Of a stretch of 64,000 nucleotides of DNA, positions 39,215 to 49,386 are shown in pieces. The notes beneath the pieces are model-generated. The model was given only the letters and a program-made list of their open reading frames with translations, was not told where the DNA came from and searched no databases. Source of the DNA: an uncultured Candidatus Saccharibacteria bacterium (GTDB lineage: Bacteria > Patescibacteriota > Doudnabacteria > UBA920); the NCBI GenBank assembly GCA_964631145.1, contig CAZVXT010000001.1, positions 255,151-319,150 of the forward strand. The letters are read 5' to 3'. Position 1 is the first letter of the stretch, and the number at the start of each line of letters is the position of its first letter. The position numbers and the translations under genes are program-made.

Positions 39215-40333
39215 ATGATTATTGGGATTAACGGCAATAATTTATTGGCTCCAATTAAGCTAGTTGCTAACCAAGAATTTTTATCCGGTGCATTAGGTGA
39301 TGCTAAGTTGCATTATTTAAGTAGAAGAGATATTGCGATCTCTGCTTTAGATTTAGAATCTTCAAACATCGAAACATTGATCAAGCAATCAGTTGAATGC
39401 AAAGACAATGACTCTGTTATAGAAAGATCTTATGAAACAGAAGAATTATTGCGCTCATCTACTAGTAAGTTTTTTACTGCGGCTCATAACGCGTTTGATT
39501 TGCACGCAAATTTTACACTGCGTCCAGAAGTGGTTTGGTATATGATTGTTCATGAAGTTGCTATTTGCGTCAAGCAAAATAGTAAACAATATGCACATCT
39601 ATTTACTAAAAGCCCTGATAAAAAAGTATTACTTGAAGTTATTGATAACTCGTTAATTTATGGATCAGAAGAAAATAATTGGGATGATACCATTGAGATG
39701 TTTAGGCAAAAGTTATCCGAACATATATCGCCATTAGTGTTAAGTTTATTTTTAACAAAATTTTCTACTAGCGACAAAGAATCTGATCTTGCAACATTGT
39801 TGGCATTTATGGATACAGTTTCTAGTTATTATAAGTATCAAGTTAATACATTGTGCGGTATTCCTCAAATTAAGATTGCTGGCACAAGAGGTGACTGGAT
39901 GATGTTGGTATATAAAGTTAATGAATTAATGACTTTGTTTGAGCCGCTTAAGCAGTATTTTGTAGAATTAAAATCAGTATTGCAAACTATTTGTGATACA
40001 CTACACGGCGAAGTTATAGAAGCTGATTTCTGGAAGTCCTTTTACAAATTTAAAGAAAGCTCTGGCTCGGCATCCGTAACAGGTTGGATAAATACTTTTT
40101 TTGCTTATTTAATTCATCCAATGAACAACAGTTTGGTGCTCAAATCTGATTTTCAGTGGGGCATAGAATTGGGATATAAAATGGATTTGTTGCCTCAACA
40201 TATTACCAGTGTTGACTTTAATTGGAATTATTACGAGACTGATATTGCGATGAAGTTTTTTGCTGGAATAATTGGCGTTGAAAATGACAATGGTTTTTTA
40301 ACACCACGACTGGGCTTTGGGGTTGCCGAATAA
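39215..40333 (+). CDS. DUF4419-like protein
   Basis: AF..H..FTLRPEVVW, FST, FMD…YYKY…LCGIP.I…GT..DW, VTGWI, F.AG..G…PRLGF pattern. AAGGAGG at 39199-39205; TTGACA-17-TAAAAT. Confidence 0.75.
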   Translation: MIIGINGNNLLAPIKLVANQEFLSGALGDAKLHYLSRRDIAISALDLESSNIETLIKQSVECKDNDSVIERSYETEELLRSSTSKFFTAAHNAFDLHANFTLRPEVVWYMIVHEVAICVKQNSKQYAHLFTKSPDKKVLLEVIDNSLIYGSEENNWDDTIEMFRQKLSEHISPLVLSLFLTKFSTSDKESDLATLLAFMDTVSSYYKYQVNTLCGIPQIKIAGTRGDWMMLVYKVNELMTLFEPLKQYFVELKSVLQTICDTLHGEVIEADFWKSFYKFKESSGSASVTGWINTFFAYLIHPMNNSLVLKSDFQWGIELGYKMDLLPQHITSVDFNWNYYETDIAMKFFAGIIGVENDNGFLTPRLGFGVAE

Positions 40334-40378
40334 TCATTAAGATAAAAAAATAGAAGCGAAATTTTCGCTTCTTTTTAT

Positions 40379-40495
40379 TTAAATAAAATTATACATCCCG
40401 CTATTGAGATTGCTATTCCTAATATTGTAGATATGTATCTGTGTTTTTATTCTCAAAAACCATATAGTAAATGCTTTAAAGTGTCCTGGTATCAT
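40379..40495 (-). CDS. SD-led micro-ORF (38 aa), possibly frameshifted
   Basis: AGGAGG-TTTT-ATG. Frame 0 reads MIPGHFKAFTIWFLRIKTQ…; the +1 frame encodes a TM-like tail. Confidence 0.35.
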   Translation of the reverse strand: MIPGHFKAFTIWFLRIKTQIHIYNIRNSNLNSGMYNFI

Positions 40496-40561
40496 AAAAC
40501 CTCCTATAGAGCATTATATTACTATAATAAAAATATTTTTACAATCCGTTTTATTTGGTTG

Positions 40562-40915
40562 TTACGAGTTGTGATAAACATCTCCGTCATTCAGGAGTTG
40601 TATAATACCAAAGCAGACTAATACAGAAACAACTGAAATTGCTAATTTTTGGAATGCAGAAAAAGTTACAGGCAGGTCGTTTGTAAACAGTAAATAATTG
40701 AAAATTATCACGAGTAAGAGTACTGCATAGTTACGACTTGTTTTGGAAGTGTAATCTTGATTTCTAGCTAACATATAGCTATATTCAACTATCCAAAATA
40801 TCCAAGAGATCGCTATAATTAACAATCTAAATGGATAAAATATCCAAAGCAATATTTTATATGGAGTGGAGAATTGGTTATTTGTATAATCAGGGTCTAT
40901 TAAGACTTTTTCCAT
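40562..40915 (-). CDS. Hypothetical membrane protein
   Basis: 117 aa, three hydrophobic segments; abuts the M23 gene stop. Confidence 0.6.
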   Translation of the reverse strand: MEKVLIDPDYTNNQFSTPYKILLWIFYPFRLLIIAISWIFWIVEYSYMLARNQDYTSKTSRNYAVLLLVIIFNYLLFTNDLPVTFSAFQKLAISVVSVLVCFGIIQLLNDGDVYHNS

Positions 40916-41989
40916 TTACTTTTGAATTAATTTTTCATAGTCGAACCAGTTATCTAATTCGTTTTTAATTTTTACATATCCCGCAACGTTTGTTCTTGTT
41001 CCGATGTATAACCCTAAATGCAGATGTTTTCGTTCATCACCATTTTCACTTGAGTTAGCTTTTCCTAATACTCCCAAGCTTGTTCCTGGCATAAGATATT
41101 CATTAACCTTATACTTAACGCTATCTAATTTCATATGCCCATAAGATACAGTAAATCTTTGATTTCCGATTTCGCATTGTTGCATGATTAAACCGCCATA
41201 GCCAGAAACTGTATTTTTGCTTATCAGGGGTCCACCGCAAATAGTATTTATTTTTACATCATGATTTAATTCGTCATCATTTAAAATTTCAAAATCTGTA
41301 CCTGTATGATAACCAGAAAATTTTTCTGGGGAAACAGGGGAGTTGTTAGGAGAAACTTGTGTGCCAAAATGTTTTTTGGTAATTCTTTTTTGAGAATCTT
41401 GTAGGGGTTCTCGTAACGAAGACTTGTCATTATAAAAGTTTAAGCTCTCAGTAAATTTATCAAAAATTGACTGCGATAGCTGTGGGTTGTATGCTATGAC
41501 AAAAAAATTAGATGGGTTGCTTTCAGAATAGCGAACGTCTATGAGTTTATGTTTTTGACTTCGCCACAATGGTTGGTTAACAAAATTTGGAACCTCATCT
41601 TTCTTGATGATTTCATATTTAATTGCTTTGTGTCCTTTCAACAAAGTTTCTTGCTTGCTTAAAATATTTACTGTATTTAGAGTTAAAAATTGATTTGAAG
41701 TAAAATAAGAAATATATATTTCTGACTTTTCTAAATTATTATTTGCCTGGTTCTCTGGATTATAAATATTGAGACTTTTAGTAGCGGGTATGTATTCTAT
41801 TTGCCAGTTTTGGGGGATTTGTGAAGAAAATTGATAGTTAGAGTTAAAGTGTGAAAAATCTAAGTCTTTAAAATTTCGTTCTTCTGGAGAATTGGTTTTT
41901 TGTAAGTTGTTTGTTTGAACTCTGTTGTCATTACTGCATCCGCCAGCCAGTAAGGTGATAACAATAAGAGATGATAAAAATTTATTCAT
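40916..41989 (-). CDS. Lipoprotein with C-terminal M23 metallopeptidase domain
   Basis: Lipobox LLAGGC; HTGTDF, YGH and HLH motifs. Start moved to MNKF at 41989. Confidence 0.85.
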   Translation of the reverse strand: MNKFLSSLIVITLLAGGCSNDNRVQTNNLQKTNSPEERNFKDLDFSHFNSNYQFSSQIPQNWQIEYIPATKSLNIYNPENQANNNLEKSEIYISYFTSNQFLTLNTVNILSKQETLLKGHKAIKYEIIKKDEVPNFVNQPLWRSQKHKLIDVRYSESNPSNFFVIAYNPQLSQSIFDKFTESLNFYNDKSSLREPLQDSQKRITKKHFGTQVSPNNSPVSPEKFSGYHTGTDFEILNDDELNHDVKINTICGGPLISKNTVSGYGGLIMQQCEIGNQRFTVSYGHMKLDSVKYKVNEYLMPGTSLGVLGKANSSENGDERKHLHLGLYIGTRTNVAGYVKIKNELDNWFDYEKLIQK

Positions 41990-42033
41990 ACATGTAATAT
42001 AACAAAAAATCGCCACTAAGGCGATTTTGTAAA

Positions 42034-42336
42034 TTAGATTATGTTTATAATTAAGAGAATAATAAGTGCAATAGAAAGCCATCCCAAGGTGTATACAAAT
42101 AATCTGATAGATTCTACTCTTTGCCCACTTATAAACATTAACACTGGTCTGCCTAAAATTAAGCTTGAGGTAACAGCCGCAGAAAAAACGAATAATGTAA
42201 GCATTGTTATGCCCGCGATAAGTTCGTTTTTAAACTGCATTGATTTTCCTGCCGCATTCATAATCGTAACGAGTAAGGCTATGTAAGCTATGGTGCCTAA
42301 AGAATTTATAAAGCTCCACTTAATAATATTTTTCAT
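42034..42336 (-). CDS. Small three-TM membrane protein
   Basis: 100 aa hydrophobic; LFVFSAAVT..LILGRP. Confidence 0.75.
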   Translation of the reverse strand: MKNIIKWSFINSLGTIAYIALLVTIMNAAGKSMQFKNELIAGITMLTLFVFSAAVTSSLILGRPVLMFISGQRVESIRLFVYTLGWLSIALIILLIINII

Positions 42337-42419
42337 ATTGTTTGATTAACTTAAATTATAAAAGACCTCTCTTTAATTATACGCAGAAATTTGCTAAAAG
42401 TAACATTTTAAAATATTCT

Positions 42420-44177
42420 TTAACTTATTCTGTTTTGGTGCAATAGCATCTCAAGAGCATGATCCATAGAGCCGGCTTTTATGACATTTCCAGAATTAAC
42501 AAAGTATATTTCATCTGCATTTTGAATAGTATTTAAGCGATGCGCGATAATCACTTTGGTTGTGGTAGGGGGTAAGTTTTTTAATATATCTTCTAGTAGT
42601 TGTTCTGTTACAGTATCTATGTTTGCAGTTGCTTCATCTAATATTAGTAGTTGCGGATTTCTTAGGACTGCACGCATAAACGCTATAAGTTGTTTTTGCC
42701 CCAGGCTTACACCGTCTTCACTAGCAACAATTTTAGTTTCTAGACCTTGGTCAAATCTTTCTAATAACGATTCTAAGCCAAATTTATGTATTACCTCGGT
42801 TAGTTTTTGGCTGTCATAAGAACCGTATTCTTCATTTGCATATAGAATATTATCTTTGACTGTTCCTGTAAACATAATAGGTTCTTGGAGTATAAAGCCA
42901 ATAGCTTTGGTTCTGTCTTCATTGGAATAGCTACGGATATCTTTACCGTTGAAAGCTACTATTCCTGATGTTGGGTCATATAGTCTCGCCATCAAAGAAG
43001 CTGTAGTTGTTTTTCCTCCTCCTGTCGGACCTACCAGGGCATATGTTTTTCCTTGTTCTAAATTAAGATTAATATGATGAAGTACTTCTTTGCCGTTAGG
43101 GTAGTTAAAGCTCACGTCTTTAAATTCTAATAACGCTGAAGTTTGATTTGCAGAGTTGTCATCTAAAATTGGCAAGTTGTTTTCCATAACTAAAATTTCA
43201 TGAACTCTATCCCAGCTTGCCAACGCTGTTTGAAAGTTAGCCCATAACGCAGCTAATTGTCTAAGTGGATTGTAAAAGTTATTAGCATACAGTATAAAAC
43301 TAAGCAAAAGCCCTATTGTAAAATTACCGCTGGATATTAGTGATATACCATAAGCAAGTACGATTAATTGTCCTATGTTAGAAGCTAGTCCATAAATTGG
43401 TACGAAAGTGTTATTTGCTATACCCGCATCTACTGCAGATAAGTAATTTTCATTGTTAACTTCGGCAAAGCGACTTTTAAAATAATCACGACGGTTAAAC
43501 GTAATGATAACTTTAAAATTATTCAAGCTTTCTTGAATCTCAGAACTTAATCCACCCAAACTTTTCGCATTGACAAGGTTTTTATTTTTAACCCATGATG
43601 ATAATGTCAAAGTAATCACAAGTAAAAACAGGGCTGGAAATAAAGTAGCGGCTCCTAGTTTGACATTTAAGCTTAACAAGAATACTGCCGCACCAATCAT
43701 AATAAAGATGCTGCCAAAAAATTGAACTAAGGATTGCGAAAAGAATTGATTAATCTTATCTGTATCGTTATTGATTCTTGAGATAAGATCACCGGCTTTA
43801 TTTTGATTAAAGAATGCAATTGGTAAAGATTGCAGTTTATTGAATATTTGATTACGTAATCTGAATAATACTCTTTGCCCAACACCTCCCATTAAACGAG
43901 TTTGTAAATAACTAGTGATTAAGCCTAATAAATATATTATAAGAATAAAACCAGAGTAAGTTAGTACCCCGTGGTAATCTCGATTTGTTATGTAGGTATC
44001 AACTGTATGGGCGATTAACCGTGGTGCATAAAGATTAAGTAGTGAGTTTGCAATTACTGCAGCTAGTGCAGCGATTATAAACTTTTTTTCTTCAGATATA
44101 AGAACCCATAATTTTTTTGCAGCTTGTAATAAAGAGTTGTCTTGAGGGTTGTTATTTGTATTTAAATTGTAGCTCAT
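42420..44177 (-). CDS. ABC exporter, fused permease/ATPase (heterodimer partner)
   Basis: TM domain; GPTGGGKTT, SLGQKQ, LDEATA. Confidence 0.93.
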   Translation of the reverse strand: MSYNLNTNNNPQDNSLLQAAKKLWVLISEEKKFIIAALAAVIANSLLNLYAPRLIAHTVDTYITNRDYHGVLTYSGFILIIYLLGLITSYLQTRLMGGVGQRVLFRLRNQIFNKLQSLPIAFFNQNKAGDLISRINNDTDKINQFFSQSLVQFFGSIFIMIGAAVFLLSLNVKLGAATLFPALFLLVITLTLSSWVKNKNLVNAKSLGGLSSEIQESLNNFKVIITFNRRDYFKSRFAEVNNENYLSAVDAGIANNTFVPIYGLASNIGQLIVLAYGISLISSGNFTIGLLLSFILYANNFYNPLRQLAALWANFQTALASWDRVHEILVMENNLPILDDNSANQTSALLEFKDVSFNYPNGKEVLHHINLNLEQGKTYALVGPTGGGKTTTASLMARLYDPTSGIVAFNGKDIRSYSNEDRTKAIGFILQEPIMFTGTVKDNILYANEEYGSYDSQKLTEVIHKFGLESLLERFDQGLETKIVASEDGVSLGQKQLIAFMRAVLRNPQLLILDEATANIDTVTEQLLEDILKNLPPTTTKVIIAHRLNTIQNADEIYFVNSGNVIKAGSMDHALEMLLHQNRIS

Positions 44178-45898
44178 AAAGTATTTGTACTTTGTTGTGA
44201 ATTATAAATCTGTACGTACTCTGGAGATGTGTCCATTAAGTGTTGGTGTGTTCCAGTGCCAATGATTTCTCCTTCCATAATTAGAACAATTTGTTCATAT
44301 TGTTCTATTGGTCCTATAGATTGGGTTACAGAAACTAAAGTTAAATTAGGATAATTAGAACCAATGTTTTCGAGAATCTTCTTTTCTGTGCTTGCGTCCA
44401 CTCTGGCGGTAAATTCATCTAAGAATAAAACTTTTGGATTTAAAGCTAAGGCTCGCGCAAGCATGATTCTTTGCTTTTGCCCACCTGACAGGCTTGTACC
44501 ACGTTCTGATACTATAGAGTCTAGTCCAGCAGGCAGAGTTTGTATAAAATCGCTAAGTTCTGCTGTTGAGATAGCTTTCTGAAAATCTTCTTTGGTTACT
44601 TCAGAGTTAAAAGCAATATTCTCTTTCAAGCTCATATTAAAAATAATACTATCTTGAAATACTATACCAACTTGCTTATAAAAATCTTCTTTTTTGTATT
44701 CCTGTAAATTTATTCCATCATATTTAACTTGACCGCTTGTAGGGGACACTAACCCAACCATAGTGTTTAACAATTGTGTTTTTCCTGCAGCTGTTGGTCC
44801 AATTATAGCGACACGACTACCAGATTTGATTTGTAAAGACACATCTCGTAGCGCTGATTTTTCGCCAAATAGTAAATTTAAGTTTTGAATTTCAATATCT
44901 CCATTTATAGGTGTTGTGATTGTTCCTTCGTCTGGTGCTGGTGGTGAAGATAAAACTTCTGAGATTCTGCCATAAGAAGCTTGGGCTTGTGCCATAATAT
45001 TGCTAACAAAACCCAAAATTAAAATTGGAAATATCAAAATCATCAAATAGCTTTGAAAGGAGGCAAAGTCACCTAAGTTCATACTGCCATTGATAATAAA
45101 TTTTCCTCCTAAAACTAAAATTATTAAAATAGCTAAATTAGAACAAAAAGTAATTACTGGTATGACCGCAGAAAACAATTTTAAAATACCGGTTCCCACA
45201 TCTCTTGCTTGTGAATTGGCTTGGATAAACTTTTCGTGCTCCAGGTTTTGAGAATTTAAAACTCTAATTAAAGATGCTCCTAATATACTTTCGTTTATAA
45301 CCTTGTTTAGCCAGTCGATAATTTCTCTGGTTCTCATAAACAAGCTTCTTACTTTTCCTAGGACAAAGAAAAATGTTATTCCGATAATTGGTAATACACT
45401 TAAAACAGCTAGCCCTAATTTCCAGTTAATACTAATTAGCAAATAGCTACCGCCAATTATTAAAAATAAGGAAGATACAATATTAACAATCGCTTGAGAA
45501 ACAAAGTTCTTTACCGAATCTACATCAGAGGTTAAATTGGTTAGTAGTTTGGCTGATGTTGCTTGTTGTACTTCTGCAAAGGTTTGTGTGGAAATTTTAT
45601 CAGACAAGTTGTTTCGTAGGTCTTTAGCAACAGATTCTGAAGCATAAGTTTGAACTATATTTTGTAAGTAGGTGAGTATAAAAATTACAGCACCTGCTAT
45701 TCCATATTTCCACAACACTGTATTAATAGATCCTTGTGTAAAAAAGTCGTTAATTCCGTGTGATAATAATCTTGGCAACCATAAAGTTAGACCATTGCTA
45801 ACCAATGCTAGGATTATTAAAGGTATAATAAAGTGCTTATAAGGTTTTAGAAGTCCAATTAAATTAGGTTTACTTGGGCTTTGAGAGTCACTGCTCAT
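44174..45898 (-). CDS. ABC exporter, fused permease/ATPase (degenerate-site partner)
   Basis: TM domain; GPTAAGKT, LSGGQKQR, LDEFT; Q in place of the switch His. Confidence 0.93.
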   Translation of the reverse strand: MSSDSQSPSKPNLIGLLKPYKHFIIPLIILALVSNGLTLWLPRLLSHGINDFFTQGSINTVLWKYGIAGAVIFILTYLQNIVQTYASESVAKDLRNNLSDKISTQTFAEVQQATSAKLLTNLTSDVDSVKNFVSQAIVNIVSSLFLIIGGSYLLISINWKLGLAVLSVLPIIGITFFFVLGKVRSLFMRTREIIDWLNKVINESILGASLIRVLNSQNLEHEKFIQANSQARDVGTGILKLFSAVIPVITFCSNLAILIILVLGGKFIINGSMNLGDFASFQSYLMILIFPILILGFVSNIMAQAQASYGRISEVLSSPPAPDEGTITTPINGDIEIQNLNLLFGEKSALRDVSLQIKSGSRVAIIGPTAAGKTQLLNTMVGLVSPTSGQVKYDGINLQEYKKEDFYKQVGIVFQDSIIFNMSLKENIAFNSEVTKEDFQKAISTAELSDFIQTLPAGLDSIVSERGTSLSGGQKQRIMLARALALNPKVLFLDEFTARVDASTEKKILENIGSNYPNLTLVSVTQSIGPIEQYEQIVLIMEGEIIGTGTHQHLMDTSPEYVQIYNSQQSTNTL

Positions 45899-45921
45899 AT
45901 ATGAATTATATTTTTTAAATA

Positions 45922-46485
45922 TTAATTATTGCTTTGCTTAACAAATTTTAGAATATTAAGCTTCGGTATTTTACTAATCGAATTATTCGTTATCAAATTA
46001 AAGGAGTATTGATTTGCTAATTCTTCAAATTGATCAATCGTATAAAATTTTTCAAAGTGGTAAGGCTCGTGGCATCTAATGCTATTATATATAATTTGGG
46101 AAAGCTCATTTTGAGGAAATATATCTAGAACATAAAATTGTCCTTGAGGTTGTAAAATTCTGCCAACTTCTGCGAGTGTCTGATTTATGTTTTTATAATG
46201 ATGCAAGGACATCAGACATGTGATTACATCAAAAGTTTGATTTAAGAACTGGGTCTGATCTGAAGAAGTTTTATGAAATTTAATTATATCACTATCAAAT
46301 TTGTGATCAACAATGTCAATGCCATATAAATCTAACTGATTAGTTTTATCTTGTGACTTTATCAACTTTAATAATTTACCATCACCACACGATAAATCCA
46401 GAAGTTTGCCTTCAATTGGCAAATTTACATTATTTAAAAATTTAGCGGACCTGTTTATAGAACGCTTTTCTCCATTTAGCAACAT
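45922..46485 (-). CDS. Class I SAM-dependent methyltransferase
   Basis: LLDLSCGDG, GID, FDVI…SLHH, RILQPQG. Confidence 0.88.
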   Translation of the reverse strand: MLLNGEKRSINRSAKFLNNVNLPIEGKLLDLSCGDGKLLKLIKSQDKTNQLDLYGIDIVDHKFDSDIIKFHKTSSDQTQFLNQTFDVITCLMSLHHYKNINQTLAEVGRILQPQGQFYVLDIFPQNELSQIIYNSIRCHEPYHFEKFYTIDQFEELANQYSFNLITNNSISKIPKLNILKFVKQSNN

Positions 46486-46569
46486 ATATGTAGATTAACA
46501 AAAAACCGCTTATTAAGCGATTAATTGTTCAATCATTATGATTAAATAATTGTCTTAACTAAAGTAAAG

Positions 46570-47883
46570 TTATTTCCAATTTTTAGGTTTTTTTGAGAAT
46601 TTTTTTCTGAAATTTTTATTTTCAAAATGTCGTTGCTGGTTTTTACCAGAAATAGGATGATGCTCGGTTTTTGGCAATGTTTTATGCTCTTTATTTTGGT
46701 CTGCCGTTACTGCTTGGAGCTTGTCATTTAATTTTTTTCTAGGAAGTTGCTTTTTGATTAACCTTTCAATAATTTTAACGTCCCTAGATTGATTGTGTGT
46801 AGCAAAGGAAATTGCATGACCGGTCTGATTAGCTCTACCAGTTCTACCGATACGGTGTACATAATCTTCCGCTTGGTCAGGTAAGTCGTAGTTGATGACT
46901 AATTGAATACCAGAAACATCTATACCTCGTGCAGCAATATCTGTCGCCACTAAAACTCTATATGTTCCAAGTTTAAAACCTTGCAAAGAATCCAAGCGCT
47001 GGTTTAGTGTTCTATTAGAATGGATTTCAGTAGAGGTAATTCCAGCAGTGCGGATATCTTTAGCAATTTTTTTAGCACCAAATTTGGTTCGAGCAAAAAC
47101 TAATATACTACCTTTGTATTCTTTTAGTGTTTGAAGTAGTAAAGGCATTTTTTGGCGTTGCTCTATAAAATAAATTTCTTGTGTTACAGATTTTACAGCA
47201 CTTCCTGCTGGAGCAACTTCAATTCGAAGCGGGGTTTGCATATATGAGTTTGCAATTTTTACAATCTCATTGGGCATGGTTGCAGAGAAGAGTAGAGTCT
47301 GTCTATTTTTTGGTACAGAGTCTAAGATTTTTTTAATTTGTGGTGCGAAGCCCATGTCTAGCATACGGTCGGCTTCATCTAAAACTAAGACACTAGTACT
47401 AGAAATATCTACAGTCTTTTGATTTAAATGATCAATCAATCTTCCTGGAGTAGAAATAATGATATGCGGTTTAGACTTTAAAGTTGCTACTTGTTTGCGA
47501 ATTGGTACGCCGCCAATTAAAATAGCTGTTTTTAATCCAATAGGTGTACCAATTTTTTTGAGGGTCTCATTTACCTGAAGAGCAAGCTCTCTGGTTGGTA
47601 AAATTATTAACCCAGTGCTTCTGTTGTTTGGCTTTGTTCTTTGTTGAGCTAATCTCTGAATCATCGGAATACTAAATGCCAAAGTTTTGCCTGTTCCTGT
47701 TTGTGCAATTCCCATTAAGTCATTGCCTTCTAGTGCGCTAGGTAATGATTGCTCCTGAATTGGAGTAGGGGTAAGAAACTTTTGACGGGTTAGGATTTCT
47801 AAAAGCTTAGGTGCTATGCCTAAGTTGTCAAAAGTTTTTTTGTTAGTTTGCGCCGCTTCGTTTCTGTTGTTTAAGTTATTCAT
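46570..47883 (-). CDS. DEAD-box RNA helicase (RhlE-like)
   Basis: AQTGTGKT, PTRELA, TPGRL, DEAD, SAT, ARGID, HRIGRTGR. Confidence 0.96.
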   Translation of the reverse strand: MNNLNNRNEAAQTNKKTFDNLGIAPKLLEILTRQKFLTPTPIQEQSLPSALEGNDLMGIAQTGTGKTLAFSIPMIQRLAQQRTKPNNRSTGLIILPTRELALQVNETLKKIGTPIGLKTAILIGGVPIRKQVATLKSKPHIIISTPGRLIDHLNQKTVDISSTSVLVLDEADRMLDMGFAPQIKKILDSVPKNRQTLLFSATMPNEIVKIANSYMQTPLRIEVAPAGSAVKSVTQEIYFIEQRQKMPLLLQTLKEYKGSILVFARTKFGAKKIAKDIRTAGITSTEIHSNRTLNQRLDSLQGFKLGTYRVLVATDIAARGIDVSGIQLVINYDLPDQAEDYVHRIGRTGRANQTGHAISFATHNQSRDVKIIERLIKKQLPRKKLNDKLQAVTADQNKEHKTLPKTEHHPISGKNQQRHFENKNFRKKFSKKPKNWK

Positions 47884-48157
47884 TAAATCTTTCTGTAAAA
47901 GTTATTAGTTAATTTTAGAAAATATAGTTGAAAAGATATTTAAAGCACTATGAGTATAACATTAAATAAGGTTTTTGTATGCCTATATAAAAGGCTGCTA
48001 TTTTGTTAGCCATGCTGTTTAAGTATCAAAATTAAAATGATCGTTTCAATATAGATTTTCCGAATAATATTTCTAAGCAAAACTATAAATTAATATAACT
48101 TGACTTTATATATAATATATGATATAATATTGCCAAATTTAGTTTTTGGAGGAAATT

Positions 48158-49162
48158 ATGATTGGTCAAAATGATATCAAAGGTTTGGTAGCTATTGTTT
48201 CTGGTAAATTGAAAAATAAAACCAGAAAACAGAAAGAACGCATTGTCTGCAATTTTTTACAAGATTTTGCAGTTAAAGGTATGAAATTGCCTGAATATAG
48301 AAATGATCGTTATTTCTATGATTACCATAAACTTTTACTAAGTGTCACTGATTTTATTGAGATGGACTTTCATCTACTATTAGAATTAAAGCTTGGTTTT
48401 AAAAGTAATGATAAAGTAAAGATCATAAATTTTTGGGCAATGAAAAAGCCATTTAACCGGATGTCTGGTAACCGTTCGGCACAAGGTCGTGTTCATACCG
48501 AGATTGTCTGCACGCCTAATGAAATTGTTTTTTTAGAAACAGACTTTGGCGTTGTTAAAGTTAAGCGGAGATATGCTTACGAGGCAGCATTGGAAATCAT
48601 TCTATATAATCTATTTATGGAACTGCGGTTTCTGCATGTTGATGCTATAAGTCATCAGATCATTAGATCAATAAATTCGTTTGCTCGTCCTTTGGCGATA
48701 GTCGAAAATGAAAAAGATGAAAAACTATCAGACTTATTAAGACGTGCTTCTGGTCAAGAAATGAAAATTGCAGATGATTACTTTCGTTACATTGATGCTG
48801 GAAATGATTACCGCATTCAAAAAACTTACAAAGATATAGAGTTGTTTGAAGCTAGTGGTCGTGCTGTTACCGGCAAGAATAGATATACAACCAAAGAGCT
48901 TTTTGATTGTTTAAATAAATTGGGTTATGAAAAAGTCCCAATTCATAAAGCAGTTTTATACACTATGTCTAAAAAACGAGTTGAGAATGCTCGAGACAGA
49001 GTCGTATATTCTGATTTATTTACAGCGGATGGACTTAGTCTTATTCCAACTATTGAGTTGGGATACTATGATGGAAGAAAAGCTGTGTCCGCCAAAATGT
49101 GCGAAATGGAAGATTATTGGTTTGGAAGAACCATGTGGGTCTTTCAAAAGAAGGTCAGATAA
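48158..49162 (+). CDS. Hypothetical protein
   Basis: 334 aa; GGAGG 5 nt before ATG 48158; TTGACT-17-TATAAT; own terminator at 49171-49199. Confidence 0.8.
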   Translation: MIGQNDIKGLVAIVSGKLKNKTRKQKERIVCNFLQDFAVKGMKLPEYRNDRYFYDYHKLLLSVTDFIEMDFHLLLELKLGFKSNDKVKIINFWAMKKPFNRMSGNRSAQGRVHTEIVCTPNEIVFLETDFGVVKVKRRYAYEAALEIILYNLFMELRFLHVDAISHQIIRSINSFARPLAIVENEKDEKLSDLLRRASGQEMKIADDYFRYIDAGNDYRIQKTYKDIELFEASGRAVTGKNRYTTKELFDCLNKLGYEKVPIHKAVLYTMSKKRVENARDRVVYSDLFTADGLSLIPTIELGYYDGRKAVSAKMCEMEDYWFGRTMWVFQKKVR

Positions 49163-49236
49163 TTCTGGCTAGACTGTGTCAAAAAACACAGTCTTTTTTA
49201 TTTGCAAAAAACATCCCGCGTTGGAGATGTTTTTGC

Positions 49237-49313
49237 TGGGGTGAGTGACGGGTTACGATCCCGCTGCCTCCGCTGCCACAGAGCGGCGCTCTACCGATTG
49301 AGCTACACCCACC
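49237..49313 (-). tRNA. tRNA-His(GTG)
   Basis: G-1, acceptor GTGGGTG/CACTCAC, C73-CCA; anticodon arm CCGCT-CTGTGGC-AGCGG; atypical T-loop ATCGTAA. Confidence 0.92.
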
Positions 49314-49328
49314 ATATTAAAATAAAAA

Positions 49329-49386
49329 CTTACAATGCACAGGCTTTGTAAGAAGTTTATCTGCTGTGCCAGATAGGATTAAATCC
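49329..49386 (-). ncRNA. Candidate kissing-loop RNA in the tRNA-His leader
   Basis: Hairpins TATCTG-[GCACAG]-CAGATA and CTTACAA-[AGCCTGTGCA]-TTGTAAG with complementary loops, downstream of TTGACG-17-TATAAT. Confidence 0.5.
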
